DNA of 63,537 bases, filler included, from Choristocarpus tenellus KU-1152 (Eukaryota > Protista > Phaeophyceae): the NCBI GenBank assembly GCA_964200185.2. It is 13 parts of 13 records of this genome, joined end to end, with 100 filler letters (N's around TTAATTAATTAA, not from the genome) between each part and the next. Parts side by side here need not be neighbours in the genome. Positions count along the whole stretch, not along the records: positions 24,153 to 30,634 come from CAXNAD020008043.1; positions 30,735 to 36,311 come from CAXNAD020010366.1; positions 36,412 to 41,840 come from CAXNAD020010806.1; 10 more parts are not named here. One strand, given 5' to 3'. How positions within the stretch are numbered: position 1 is the first letter of the stretch; each line of letters opens with the position of its first letter. The notes beneath the pieces are model-generated. The model searched no databases and was not told the DNA's origin. It was given only the letters and a program-made list of their open reading frames with translations. The translations under genes were made by a program, and so were the position numbers. Below, piece by piece: positions 27,200-41,454 of this stretch.

Positions 27200-30028
27200 T
27201 CTTGGGATCAGCACCTACGCCAACTGCACCACGAAACAGCAGAAAGGCTGCTTCAAGGAATAGAGGAAACAGGCTAGGTTGAGGTGTTGATGTGGTCTCA
27301 AGCCCTCAACTTCACCAGTGTGTTTAAATATCTACTGCGCCTTGAACTACGATTTGCTACCTCAAGCCCTGACCCAGAGGTACTTTTCTAATTTTTTTTG
27401 TAGATATTTTATCACTGAATTTCAAAGGGGAATCAAAAAGCTTCTGTTTTTTTCATGCCACAAACAAGGAAGAAAATGAATGGATTCAGCATGGGTTTTT
27501 TTGGCGCCCCAATTCACTGTTGCGAACGTCACTTGCCCCAAATTAAATTCGAACCTCCCAGTAACAAACGTCACCTGTTTTCAATCTTATTCTTTTAATC
27601 ATATTTTGTAGTTTGATTATAGATCAGAGATATATCTTGTGCATATCTTCTCCATTTTCTTTCTATTTGAATGTGGTGGATACCGCGCGCAGATTAAATA
27701 TGTTAGTATAATACATCACTTCGCGCGGTTCTTTGAGATAATAGGATGAGGAAACTGTTCGTCTTTCAATTGTTGTTGTTGTACCTCTTCCATTCATTTC
27801 AAAACTTCGTTTGAAAATAGGCGTTGTGGACCAGGGCCCTTGGTGTTGGAGATCCTACTTAATACTATTTAATTCTAGTGTGTATCCAAGCCACCCACAC
27901 AGCCACTCATTTTTTGTTGTATCGTTGGTATGATCATAGTTCCTCCCTGCATATTAGAATAATGATAGTTAACATATGTAGATTAGAGACTTATCTTCAA
28001 CTCTTACATGTTTGTATTTGTGCGTTGAAACGGTCAAGAGTTGTGTTGGTGGGTTGTACAGAGATAAAATTATAACTCTATTTTCGAGTATAAACCTGTA
28101 GGTTTGTTAGGGTAAAAACAAATTAGGGCCTCTGTGTGTGTCTCTACCTGCCTCCCCCATGCAACACTTGATCTTTCAACGCACAACTGTAAACAAGTAC
28201 AATAGTACGAAGATGGACCTCTAGGGGTGTATGAATAGTTGAGAACTATGATAGAGCGGAACTATGATCCATAATATGCCAAATGTAGTGATAAAATAGA
28301 GACCAGTAGTAGAATGAACAGTAAGGAGAATGGACTATATCATACATACATAGAAGTATGTGCTACAATATATAGATCATAAAAAATAGTACTGTGCAGT
28401 AATAAGTTATCTACTAGCAGTAGAAGCTGTAACTGACATTTTCCAATAGATAGTCTCCTTTGCCTCTTCTTCTTCCTATATTCCATCTATTAGATGTCGA
28501 CCATCGAGAAGAGAGGCATCGAAAAGTGAACACTCCTTCAGTGACTACATAATACATATATATCGTTATCTAATGAACTGCCTAACCATGGTATATTCAT
28601 TCGCTCAGTCAGGATGGAAAGATATTTATTTAGGAGGCAGAAGGGGACGAGGGTTACTTATTTGGTGAGTCGCCCGCATCATGCATCATGAGCGACATTA
28701 ACTCTTCAGCTGTCATTGGTAGTAGAGAACCTTGCCTGTTATTTATGTGATCCCAAGCTCTTTTCCACAACTAAGGACGAAGGGAGGAACGTCTTGGGTA
28801 GTAGTAGTAGTAGTATATATTTACATATTATATCTGTTGTGTTGTAAATTCATGCACCTAGCAACAAGCATAACGTCGGGGTATAACCTCAAAATACAAT
28901 AGTAGTGTATACGTGCACAACTAGCAGCCAGCAGTTGAGTGTTGTGCACCTGCAGGACCTGCTTAGTGCTTGGCATATAGATTGATTCCTCCTATTGATA
29001 ATATCGTGATTGCCCTGTGCATGCATGTATGAAGGTTCCTAGATATCCTCATCTACCTTAAATTACAGTCATTACTCTTTATCCATGTAACTCTATCCAC
29101 GCAACTATATGTATGTGAGTGAGGTCAAGTTCTGTGTAGTGATGATGGGTGATCAGAGTATTCAGAGAGGTACCTTAAAAGGGGAAGGGGACGAAGTTGA
29201 GGTGATTTGAGCGAAGCCTAAGACCTACAATCGATACAACGTGTTCCTTAATCCCTAGTTACCTGTTTTTGGATGCAACAAGGGAGAATTGAACACAATC
29301 CCCAGGATTTTCCAGTGAAGAGTACAAAACATGTCTAAGTCGCCACAAGTATTAGCCGCTTGTGCCTCTGACCCACCCACCGTCACTTCAAACGGCCGTA
29401 AAGGGAAAGTTATGCACAGAACACGTATGTACGACCTGCATTCTGTGCAGCTCAAAAATTGAATAAAGAGATCCCAAATGGGTCTTGTCCTTGACACCAC
29501 ACACACGCCACCCAAGGGTTCACACCTGACACAAACACAATAAGTAGATAACTTGTATATTTGATATACCGTAATACTCATTAACCAACCTTCCTATACA
29601 CAGTTGTCTATCAAAAGGTAGACTTTATATTGTTACATCTTGTGTGAAACAGTTGGAAACGGGCAGACAGGTTCTTCAGACTCCAGAGGGTCGGGAACAC
29701 CCACAGGAGGAAGGGAATGGAGAGAGACAATGCAGGAGGGTAACCAACCCTTGGGAGGTCACTCAGGGAAAGAATAAAAAGGGAGGGTGAATGAGGGGGC
29801 TCGTAAGCTACACTCAACAACCCGATATTGGCATCATCAGGAAGCAATGCTCGTATCATGTTAACAAACAGACTTTGAGGTGTATTGCTTCTACAGGAAG
29901 GACCATTTGACGGTACACCTTGACAGGAAGGTGACTTCCACACGTGGTACTCAGGAATATGACACACTAATATATTTGTAGCACACTACCACTCTTGCCT
30001 ATTAGGTGTTGTGACATAACCAACTGTT

Positions 30029-30287
30029 GAGTCAAAGTATACTAGAGGGTAAAGTCGCGTCCGTTTGGGTACCAAAATCCAATGTTGCAAATTTGATGCA
30101 ATTTTGGCTATCGTGTTTGTTAGGAAGTGTCAGTATCCTTCTTCCAGACAAACCTTTTCATAACATACATATTTTACCTCCTCCGAAATATTTTGGAGTA
30201 GGAAAATGTCATAAAAAACCCTGTGGGAAGCCAAGCCCCAAACGGACAAACAGGGCAAGATTCGTACCCTCTAAGATACTTTCACTT
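30029..30287. mobile_element. MITE family A copy, TSD TGTT
   Basis: tgtt|gagtcaaagtatactagagggta ... taccctctaagatactttcactt|tgtt. Confidence 0.92.
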
Positions 30288-31834
30288 TGTTGTATGCTAG
30301 CGCTATCCATAATAACATCAACGATTGCTCTGCCAATCTAACATTTCGTGGGGATTTGTATCCAGCCGTGGAATTCTATAACCAAGTGATTTTATCAACC
30401 AGAAATTCATGCAGGGTTGCTGAGCATCTCGCGCTTAACGTGTAACCTTGAGCTGTTCTTACTAAACATAATCAGGAATCAACAAATGATTCCTAGGAAT
30501 GTGATGGCCACCTTCAATCCAAGGTATAGCTTTTTGACACCTTCCCTTTACGAGGTATACCTTAATGGCTCAAAGTATCTGGGAGGGGGTGGCGGCTGTC
30601 CATTTGTGGTCAATTTTTGTATGTCGTGATTTTTNNNNNNNNNNNNNNNNNNNNNNNNNNNNNNNNNNNNNNNNNNNNTTAATTAATTAANNNNNNNNNN
30701 NNNNNNNNNNNNNNNNNNNNNNNNNNNNNNNNNNTTGATTGTTCCATTACTCCATACATATTTTACCGTAACTGTCCGATAGAGTTGGAAGAGTCTAATC
30801 GAACAACATTGTTCCACTGGGAACAATGAGTGCAAATGCAATCTTGAACAGTAGTGTCAGATAGCTCACGAACATTGGTCACGTAGGGTACGAATTACAA
30901 ACCAAAGAAGATTTCCGAGACATACTCATCTGGATCATGTGTGGCATTGGGGGCAGGTACCTCGAACGATTCCACTTAGTAGCTTCGTCGAAAAGTGAAT
31001 AGATGTGCAACTCGTCAATGTGCGATGGAACGCACAACAACAGCCAAAAACTGGCTCTATTCAGGTATAGTTGGTAGACAGGCATCCAGCCAGGGAGCAC
31101 TAAGCAGGGGATCAAGGATGGACACCAATCTGATTTAGAGGTCGTCCATATTCAGGCTTCTAACCCCCCCACCAAAAGTTCCAGGAAAAAGTTCTGGTGT
31201 CTGACTCTTTTCTTTCTCTCTCTCCTTTCAATTCGTATGTCAATGAGAGAAACACTCAATAATAACAAAATGGTAAAATAATATATGTGTTATGAGGTTT
31301 GGTTCTGTGTGATGGGAGGTGATGAGAACCACCAGAGATGAGGTTCAGAAAGGAAGCGAGAGATGAGACTGAGGTGAGGCATCTTGGGTGTATGTTGACA
31401 GCCTCAGGGTGACATCAGATCAATCTCCACTGTGATTGGTTGCGATCAGTCAGAACAGAGCATAATCCTAGGCTTTGTTGTTTGAATCCACCGTTCATGT
31501 CGGGGTTACCCCGACCTGGTCATGCATCTGACTCACACACCACATCATGTAGGTTGGGTTGAATGGAAAAAGGTGGCGCGCGCAAATGAGTGTATGGCAG
31601 CGCGCGATATCCTCATCAGTGGAGGGAGATGGGAGATGGCAAAAAAGGAAACCTGCTTTTGAAAAATATAATATATTTCGATCCAAATTTTTGATATCAC
31701 TCTCAAAATACAACAGAAGAAACAGTTATACCAGAACACACCTCCAGAAGCGAGGCTTGAAGGTCGCTGGCTTTGGTGTGTCCTTGACTAATTGTGTGGT
31801 AAAAAAGGCTGGATCTCTTCTTTACAGTCATATT

Positions 31835-34317
31835 ATGAGACGTGGAACTTCCCCGGGGGCAGTTGGCCATGGGCAAGTTGGGAGTCCTTTTCCATCTGGG
31901 ATGGTCAACAGGAACTCGAGCAGTGCGCTGGGTGGATCCGACGTGAAGGGCATGGATCCTGAGATGGGATCGGTTTCGTACCACGATATTCCTGAAAATG
32001 TGAAAAAAGTAAGCCTGGATGTGGGAGAGGCAGGGGGGAGAGGACAGGACATTGCAGGGATTATTTTGTCAACTCTTTTTTATGAATCCTTATGACATTT
32101 CGTCATCGTCATTGATTTCCCGATTGCTCAAACATGAACGACCACAATGCTGGGCAGTTCCGAATATTTGTTCTGGGTTGATAGGTGGTAGATGAAATTG
32201 CTGTTCTAGCCGCGGTCGATGCGGTTGTGAGCCAACTCTTGTCACAAGTCTTACTCAGTCTTGAAGTATCACCCTGACATTCTCTGTCACTTTGGCATAG
32301 TATGCATATAATCTTTGTTACGGGTAGCAAATATTCCGTTGCTGCATGGATCAGACGGAATTCCTGCCCCGAATATTAATCACTCTATCGCTCGGTCGGT
32401 GATGTCTTTCCGATGGTTCAGACCAGAGCTTTTCGGATAGCGACTTATGTGTCTATCCGAGAGGGAGAGAGATACAATAGGTACCTCTAACTTAAGAGGC
32501 ACTCCCTAATTCCGACGTCTTATCCTACTTGAAAAGTGATGCTGCTTGTCTTCAAAAGGGCTGGCTTAACATCTCTCGAGAAAACTCTAGGGTACCCGTC
32601 TGTTGTTTCCTCTATGAATTCTCTTTACGCTTACACCTTATCCTTCCCCTCGCTTAAACTTACACTTTCCAGCCATAGCTCCAGTATGCCCTCCTTCCAA
32701 CTTGTGGTATAGCAACTCCAATATCAGGGAACAACCAATACGTAGAGGGTGTCTGTCTGTGCACGCCTGTCTGTTCAAGTGGGGCAGACCGATCACTTTG
32801 GTAGATGTGACATGTCCTGCTACACACCCAAGGATGCATCTGCCATGAGTATTTTGAAGCTATGCTGGACAACGACCCCTCCCCCCATTTCCTCCCCCCA
32901 ACCCCTGACGTGTATCTTTCCTCAAGTTGAAATATTCTTCGTATCCTAAGCTACCAGTGGCGACAGCCCCAGCTCTTGCCATGACAGTGGTGGCAGGCTT
33001 GTTTTTAATGACCCTGGTGCCATCGGGGGCCAAGTGTATAGTGCTAGTGATGAGCATCTGCGTGTTGGGAGTCATTATTACCAGCTGGCTAAGCGACAGT
33101 GTTCTTTGTAAGGATGATGGAACGCCCGCGATGAGGGCTGTCTCTGACCCAATCAGAGTGAGTTAGGTTTAGGGTTAGGTTTAGGGTTAGGTTTAGGGTT
33201 AGTGTGTTAAGTGAGAAAGGTGGGGCATTGCCTTGCCTCCATAATGTATGTTAAGATATTTTTCCCACCTTGACATATGTAGTAGGGTTTTCTTACAGAA
33301 GGTTGATAGAGTGGCAGTGGCAGTTGGGCTATCATTGTTGGTTCAAGTTGGGATCTGCTCTTATGACTCTTGTGACTTGGATAAGGTTACCCCGTGTAGC
33401 CTGTGTTCTGTATTCATGGATACTCTGTGAATATTTTTGACTAATTCTTGGAAGAGAGAGAGAGAGAGAGAGTACTGCAGTAGTAGTGTAGTGTGCTATT
33501 CTGGAAAAACTGCAATGCGCCTACCTGTGAGAAGGCCTTGAAGAAGTGTATAGTGCCCTGTCTGCAATGAATCGGGCACCCCCATCCACAACAGTTCTTT
33601 GCCTTCTTGCTCCAGTGGAATCAATATTGTGTGTGTGTGTGTGTGCGTCGGAGTTGAATCGAAGCAATGTGAGTGGAATGGGGGAAATTTTCTTTCAATC
33701 AGGAGGGTATGAAGTTGTGACATACAGAGAGACCTCTGTCCATGTACATGACAACCTTTGGGGTTTGCTGATCATACCATGGTCCATTGCACTGATCGCA
33801 CTAGAGCGAAGATAGCAGAGTTTGTGTCTGATGCAACCTTGCTTGTGGGGCGACCTGTGTCGATGGTGGAATCTCTTAACAGAAATGAGGGTGCAAGAGT
33901 CTAGAAACTCAATACTCTTTATTGGGGTGTTTGTTGTTTGATTGTGTTGGGGGTACACCCTATCGAGAGCATTGTCCAATAGAAAAGTCTGTTGGTCAAG
34001 TTAAGCCGATGGGAAGTATTTCTCCCCCTGTAACGTTTCCTTGTCATCACTCCCATGCCTTGCAGGAGGGAGCGGAGGGCTTTCTCAGGGTGCAATACAC
34101 GGCAATCTTCAAGATCGCCTGCTTCATGCTTGTGTTCATCGTGGGCAGTTACGTCCTGCGGCCTAACCCCCAGCCGGTAGCTTTGAAAGGGGTGGGGGAA
34201 GGAGATGGGCTCGTAGGCATCCACGGCCTGGGTAACTCCACCTTGGGGATGATCAGCAGCGGGGCGTTCTTGGTTGGAGCTTTGTGCTCAGCTGCTGCAG
34301 GGTACATCAGCATGTGG
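31835..34317 (+). CDS. Membrane H+-translocating pyrophosphatase, type II (AVP2-like), 5' exons only: 31835-32008, 32927-33157, 34066-34317
   Basis: Spliced VLCKDDGTPAMRAVSDPIR-EGAEGFLRVQYTAI...GAFLVGALCSAAAGYISMW matches the N-terminus of AVP2-type H+-PPases; all three exons are phase 0 with GT/AG. Confidence 0.88.
33162..33202 (+). repeat. Telomere-like tract (TTAGGT-TTAGGG)x3 directly after an intron donor
   Basis: gttaggtttagggttaggtttagggttaggtttagggttag. Confidence 0.85.
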
Positions 34318-34874
34318 GTGACCACTATCTAGAATGTGGATGAACTCAATAGGATTGGATGCAAGTCGTACTTGCCATATATGGTAGACGATACTTATTA
34401 TTGTTATTACTATTATTGTTATATATTCTTATTGTTTCAAATTACTTCCATTGAGCTGTAGCCTTCTCTTTGCAGCTCTTGGGCAATGGTTCAAGAGAAG
34501 TGATACATAAATTGTAATGTTAAAAGAGTATTAATGATGAGAACGGCAGCCCCAAGGGGGAAGGGATGTTGCAGGGTGAATGCCATGGTATTGACTCAAT
34601 GTGGTATACGACCTATCCCACTAGGTTTTGTTTTATTTCTGTACGTTGTTATCTACCCCCTCCATCTCACTGCTGTTTTGATTTTGAATGTGTGATTCAT
34701 CCAGGTGTGACACTTATCATCGGTGCTCTATCCTTATTTGTGAGTGTGTCTTTTTGCCTCATTCCTTTTTTGAGTTGTAGCAGGATATAGCTTTGACTGC
34801 CCAGGGGGAACAGGTAATGGTAGGACACAAAGGCAGGCACTTCTACATTTTGAAGGAATTTTTTACCCCCGTGG

Positions 34875-34924
<50 letters not shown>

Positions 34925-37854
34925 CCTCTTTCTTTCTTTGTGTGTCTTATTAGTGAGTTTCGAATGAGTTACGTATGTGAGCAGAGCTTAAGTTTGTTGG
35001 ATTGTGGATGTAATGTAAAAGAAATCAAGAATGGCAATTATACTATTGAATGGCACTGTGGCTGTATTTCCCCTTTTTTTCCGAGTGTGAGGTTGCTGTA
35101 GTCTAGTAATCTTGGTTGGGGACAAGTTGTCCTCTCAGATTTTGTTGAGTGTAACCTGACCTGTTGTTGGGATTGTACTTGCGAAGTACGCCTCTCATTC
35201 TGCAGAATTGCCATACCAGGGTGTAGAAAACCTTTTTTTTGGTTTGCGACCACTTTGAGTTGCCCGCCCACACACTTGGCGAGGCTGTAGGCAAGGAAGG
35301 GTTGCTGCTCTGTCACGTTCCTGGTAGTGCTCTGGGGCTGTCATACTTTATTGGGCACAAATGCCAGCATAGTGGGCACAGTCATTTCATGATGCATGGA
35401 ATGTTGTGGCACGATGTGTCTGGATGAGATATCGAGATGAGAAAGAGAGACTGAATTTCAGTTGCCATGACCCTGAGCTGGAGGATGAGGGTGGGCATAC
35501 CAATGGTTACAAGACTACCCCCCCCCCCTCCTTAATGTGTGTGTGGAGTTGGAGGGAGGATGGGTGGGCATGTAGGTGGCAATGATGAATGAGGTTTGCA
35601 GCTTCCAAAGGAGTAGAAGTATCAGTTTTGTGATGTTTGGACTATGCAGACAATGGAATAGGATTTTTTTTAAATTCTTGACAGTTTCATGTGGCGGTTT
35701 CATCTTAAGTATGTACACGAGCCTGAGTGTTTGCAAGGTGGTAGTGGTGTTGTCCTTGTTTGTCCGAGAGTCTCCACCTAATTCCTCTACTGTTAGCGGG
35801 AAGGTCAGTCTTTTCCTGGGTGCATTTTTTTTCCGGGAAAATTCTTTGTGGCGTTGGTCATGTCAGCGAATATGCACCGGCACTCCAAATAGATGGAAGG
35901 CGTGAACTCCACGCAGACAAGGGACAAGAGTGACAGGGAAGCTAGGGGAAGGTATCTGTGGGGGATGGCTTGGGGAAGGTATTGGTTAGGCTTGAGGGAG
36001 ACGAAGGCTAGGCAGGGCGTAGCCAGTGAGTGTGGGGTCGGTGAGCTCTGGAGGAGTGGTTACATGTGGAGGAGCAGACGATATGATTGAAGCCCTGTTT
36101 CTCTTGGATGTCAGGGGTGTGTCAACTGCTTCTGGCGGAGAACGTATTTTAATATCATCGGTCCAGGTTGTAATTACTGTTCTATCTACTGCGGGTGATT
36201 CTGAAAATGTTGGTGAAGGGGGGCGGGGGGGGGGGGGGGGGGGGGGGTGATATAAACATGGTTGGGGAATTTTGTGCTTTGTTTTGAAACGGGGTTGTTT
36301 TTTTGGAAGGGNNNNNNNNNNNNNNNNNNNNNNNNNNNNNNNNNNNNNNNNNNNNTTAATTAATTAANNNNNNNNNNNNNNNNNNNNNNNNNNNNNNNNN
36401 NNNNNNNNNNNCAATGGCAGCCTCAAAACATGTGCGGGCATGAAGCTTGATCGCTGGTATGTCATGGCGATCTTGAAAAATAAATGCTCTATCGCGTCCA
36501 GAAGGTTAATCTCTATATTAATGGAAGCCAGTTTCACTCCACAAAAACCACTAAGATCCCAACCTACATTCATTGCAATCAATATTGCGGGTCGCCAAGC
36601 TATACCATGGTACATGGCTAGCAAGAGGCATGGCTGTAAGTAAACAAGCCTCCTGAGTGGTGAGGAGCCCTCCCATAGGCTAAAATTTTGGAGGATATAC
36701 TGGATACATGTACTTATGTGCCATCACACTCGATACACACAAGAGCTTCCAGGTGTATGGCAAGGACGAGACATGGAATACCAACTAGTTGGGAAAGAAA
36801 TTCAGGAATCAGTTAGTGGCGACAAATTGGATGCGGCCGACCATAATTGGCACTAGTGTATAACTCTATTGTCTCATGCTGTAGCACAAGGATGCTGGCC
36901 GAAGATCAAGGTGGGAACTTGAGGGTGGGTCCAGGAGAAGATTCGACGGAGGAGACAGAGCGACAGGCAGTAGGAGTACTGAACCCAAGGTAAAAGAAGC
37001 AAGGCAGAAACTGTGTCCGTACAATAAATTAAGTGCAACAGATAGGAAGTAATTGACATGAGAATTAGTGCACCGTGCCACTGGCCATGAACGTGGATAA
37101 TCTCCAGACTAGTTCAACTCAAAACAAATAAAACACATAAAAAAAGTCACTCCGTGTGCGCCCCTAGAAGTATCTATGGCTCCCCATCACTATGTTGACA
37201 GCAGCTTGCACCCCAACCTTTCTATACGCCCCAAACAAGTATTGTCACAGATGCCAGAGTTGGCTTATGTCAGTGGCGACAAAGTGAAAGGAAGGTCCAC
37301 CATATATTCTGATACCACGATGTAGTATGGAGGTACGCTAGCCTCCATAAGTTCACGCAACACTAGCAGTAGGAGAGACACCACATAATTCATCTAGAGC
37401 AAAGGCACATGTGGTACCTGTCTGTTCTGGCAACAGACAATAACAAAGTCATCATCACATACACGATTTCGATCACAAGGGAGATCTAACCTTCAGGACA
37501 TGGATATCACAAGATATAGTAGTGCCATCTAAATCCTCCTCTTCGACAACATGCGTTGCCACCATCATCCCTTCTCTGAATGCATTATCCTCTAACGAGC
37601 ACTTCCTCCTTATCTTCAGGTACTCTCTTCTCTCTGTACAGTTGTGGTGTGTTGATGTGGTGTGACTGTTTTGATTCAGATCGCATCAAATACAGCATGG
37701 AAACCACAAGGCCTCACTATTTCGAACTGTACTAGAGAGATTAGATGGAAAACGGACTAATAAGTAAAACAACGCCTACTCTTTGCTAGGAAGCAGATTA
37801 TAATGACCATCCACTCTGATTCGTCCTTTGGTGGGAATATAATATTTTAGCTTG

Positions 37855-38465
37855 TGTTACAGCGTGCCCCCCAGAACTCACCTCCACAGGATATGCCAAC
37901 CAAATCCGACGACCTTAAAACGACGCTATGGGAACGTTGCCCTTGATAACAGTTTATAGGGTGTCAGGTATCCTTCTCTCTTGATATTCCTCTCAGTGCT
38001 TGGCTCAAAGCTCGACTCGTAGTTTCGTTCAAGATAAAGAATGGACCGGTAGGTAAGAGGGGTCAAGGGGATTCACCAAAAGGCCCCTTATTTCTTTCAT
38101 CATCAACCCAATTTCTTTGGTCTTCCATGCAACTGCTCTACACGTTCTCCATCATAAACCTTTATTCTGCACCTTCTTAGGGACTTTGACATTTTCTTTT
38201 GTAATGTTACGTATGCATTCCGAATCTTACTCAGTATCTTCTATGAAATCATCACTTATTCTGTAAGGCTACCTATGTGTTACTAATATCGTATATATTG
38301 TTCGCACTTGTTAGAACGCGAGAAACAACCCTCGCACTATACGTCTGTGACGAATGTTCGTGTTTGCTAAAACATGGGAAGAAATGCTCACGGTATTCGT
38401 GTGTAACAAATGCTAGCACTTCGTTGGAACACAAGAAGAAATGCTCGCGCTATTCGCCTCTACCA
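37855..38465 (+). mobile_element. Solo-LTR-like element with perfect 4-bp TSD CTTG and three ~57-bp tandem 3' units
   Basis: cttg|tgttacagcgtgccccccagaactcacctccacaggat ... tattcgcctctacca|cttg. Confidence 0.8.
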
Positions 38466-38713
38466 CTTGTGCTCACATTGTCATACTTTCTAGTGTTTTT
38501 TTTTTGCAAGTGGACACAATATGTCACAGTTGTTCTGAATGTTGTTGAAAGCTCCCAATCACCTTAGGAAAATCTTGAATTGTATATTTGAGTATATTGC
38601 CAATCAGTATATTTCATACGCTGTAGTAGAGATTATTATTAGTCTTCAGCTTAGTCTGGAGACTATCCCGACCTGTCTTCAGATGCACAACAATTCTCAT
38701 ACTAAGTCAAAGT

Positions 38714-38975
38714 GAGTGAGAGGTACCCAGAAGGGTAGAGTCCCGTTCCTTTAGGGATCAAAATCCAATGTTGCGATTTCGATGTAGTTTTGGCTATCGT
38801 GCTTGTTAGGAAGTGTTAACATCTTTGTTCCAGATATACCTTTTCGCAACGTACACATTTTGCCTACTCCGAAATATTTCAGAGCAGGAATAAGTCATGA
38901 AAAACACGTGGGAAGTCAAGCCTAAGCGGACAAAAAGAGGGCAAAACGCGTACCCTCTAAGAGATACTTTTTCTC
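38714..38975. mobile_element. MITE family A copy, diverged
   Basis: Body matches the family; termini are degenerate. Confidence 0.85.
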
Positions 38976-39566
38976 AGAGATGCATTTTAAGGATCTCGGC
39001 AAGTATGTGCAAAATTCGTTTTTTCTTACAAAAATGTGTAGGATATTATCGAATTATGTGGAAATCAAACCTAACCCTTCATCCATAGAATTATCCATAC
39101 ATGAGTGAATTGCAAAAGACTGAAAATTGGCATAAAATGCAAAACGCCCAAAAACTCGACCCCTTTCGTTTACTTTGACTCACTACTACGTGTAAACTGT
39201 GGCATTACGACTAATCGTACCATCCCTGTCTGTTACTTGCTTCTTGTGCGTTAGGCTTACCAATCCCACTGTTCGTAGCAACATCAGTTCCCTCGAATCT
39301 TGTGCTTTCCTTACCCACCTCGACGTTGCCTCATCAATCTCGGTCCAACCTCTTTTGTGTAGTTAAGAGACAGGATATTCATATAAAACAGCATAGGTTG
39401 TACAATCTGCTGTGCTTGCCATGTGGAACTGGACAACCGACACCAGATTCCGATTCCATGAAGTCAGGCGTTGACGGGATTCGAACCATTGAAATTAATT
39501 AAGGAAACACCGAAGAGTTAAATCACTAACCAAAAAATGTAAGTCACGAGAATGGCCAAAAAAGGT

Positions 39567-39640
39567 CGGAGATGGAGAGGCTCGAACTCTCGACCTTAGG
39601 CTTATGAGACCTACGCGCTAACCAACTGAGCCACATCTCC
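39567..39640 (-). tRNA. tRNA-Met(CAT), elongator-like
   Basis: GGAGATG/CATCTCC acceptor stem, anticodon arm TAGGT-CTCATAA-GCCTA, T-loop GTTCGAG, followed by a T6 Pol III terminator. Confidence 0.93.
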
Positions 39641-41249
39641 AACACTCTTAGAGTCACGAATCAATCAACCTATTCTCCACAACGAACCTATTCTCCACAA
39701 CGAACCCCAAACCTATGTAAAGAACCCAAGAAGACCACTCAACCTCCACACAAGTAACAGGCGGCTGCACTCCGTCGCCACCACCGGGACAACTCCAAGG
39801 GAGTAGGTTTCTTCCTCGCTCAACTCCACGCTCCAGGAAATTAAGTCACCTTTCATGTGCTTTTCTCCGAGCACCATGCAGAAAGTCCATACGCGCTCAC
39901 GCAGGTAATTATGGTGACCAAAGAGAGCGTTTGCAGCAGAGGAGGGGTCCAGGGAACAACAGTTCTATTCCCTGGGAGAGAAATACCCTGCTGCCTTGTT
40001 ATGGTTGAGAGGTGGTCTGCAGACTTATCGTGATGTTTAATGTAGTACATTCCATGGACCGCAATAAACAATATTTTGTACGACGTGGTACACTCCTGAA
40101 AGGAATGTTGCCACATGTCTGTAGAATGTTACCGTCTCTAGAGTTAGAAACTTGAGGAGGACATAGGATATAAGAATATTTCTAGATGTCTATAGTAATA
40201 CCGTGGTGTTCTAGGCGTTTACAGGTGGACAAGGTGGGGGTTCACGCGCTCACTTCCAATTTCAATCTTGGTTGGAGTTCCACTTGAAGGAACTGTCGTG
40301 AGTGTGATTTAGCAACAAAGCCTAAATGGAAAAAAATATTCATAAAAATATCTTCAACTTGTGGGGCATGCTTGAGACTCAACTGTGCAAAATAGGACAA
40401 TAGTGAGGTGTACCTTATTTTGTGTATATCAGATTTCTTTTGAGTTGAGTCCATGTGATGTAACTAATGAAATAGTATATGCGGATTATGTATTGGATTA
40501 CGTATTGGTATTTACTCTTCATTCAACTACTTTGACATAACCATGGACTTACGTATGAGACACAAATAATAATAAAACAAGCAATGAATAGACACCCTAC
40601 AAAGGTCACTCTTCAAATTTCAATAATGTAATCACGTTCAGCAAAGGGGTTCGTGTGAGGCTTCACACCTTCTTATCTTCACTACTAACAAATAGCATTA
40701 TCTCCCAAGTTAATTTGCACTGGTTGTGAGCCTCAGTAATATGGAGAAAAGGAGCAGGTGATGGACCCGAACGACTGGAAGAATTTGCCCAACTGGACTG
40801 GAGCACCAGCGTGATCAGTGAAGAGTTCGACAACATGGAGATTATATATGGTGGTTTATGCCAGCAAAAGGGTCTATAAGACATTGTGCGGCGAAAATAC
40901 GTCGTCCTGAACTCACGGAGACACTAACGGAACAGGAACGAATATCGCACGGAAACTACGAAAGAGAGGAGTCAATGACGGATGCGCGGAGGACTAGATC
41001 CCCGTGCAGCTCAACAGAGGACGTGCGTAGGATGAGATCCCCGTGTAGCTCATCACAAGACCCGATATACGCTACAGAAAGCTGAAACGTGCAATAGTAT
41101 CATCATCGTCATCCCAACAAAGTGGTCCTGCATCTTCAACATAAATGGAAGCTGGAGGCTAAGGAGACATGAGATATGATACGATGGATAACAAGCAAGA
41201 ACTGGAGGTCAAGAAGATACTTTTGGGTACCTGGTATGCCATGCCGAAT

Positions 41250-41330
41250 ACTGAGCCTGTGCCTGAGCTTGAGCCTGAGTCTGAGTCTGAACGTGAGCCA
41301 TGAGCCGGAGCCTGAGCCTGAACCTGAGCC
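41250..41330. repeat. Degenerate (GAGCCT)n hexamer microsatellite
   Basis: ctgagcctgtgcctgagcttgagcctgagtctgagtctg... Confidence 0.85.
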
Positions 41331-41454
41331 ACAAGAATCTGCCTATGGACCTAGAGCAGTCGTCACAACACTTGTCCCTGAAGGGGGCACATGCTGTAAC
41401 AATATTGTATACTATTCGGTGTTTAAGTATCCACATCGCATTCATACCATCTTG

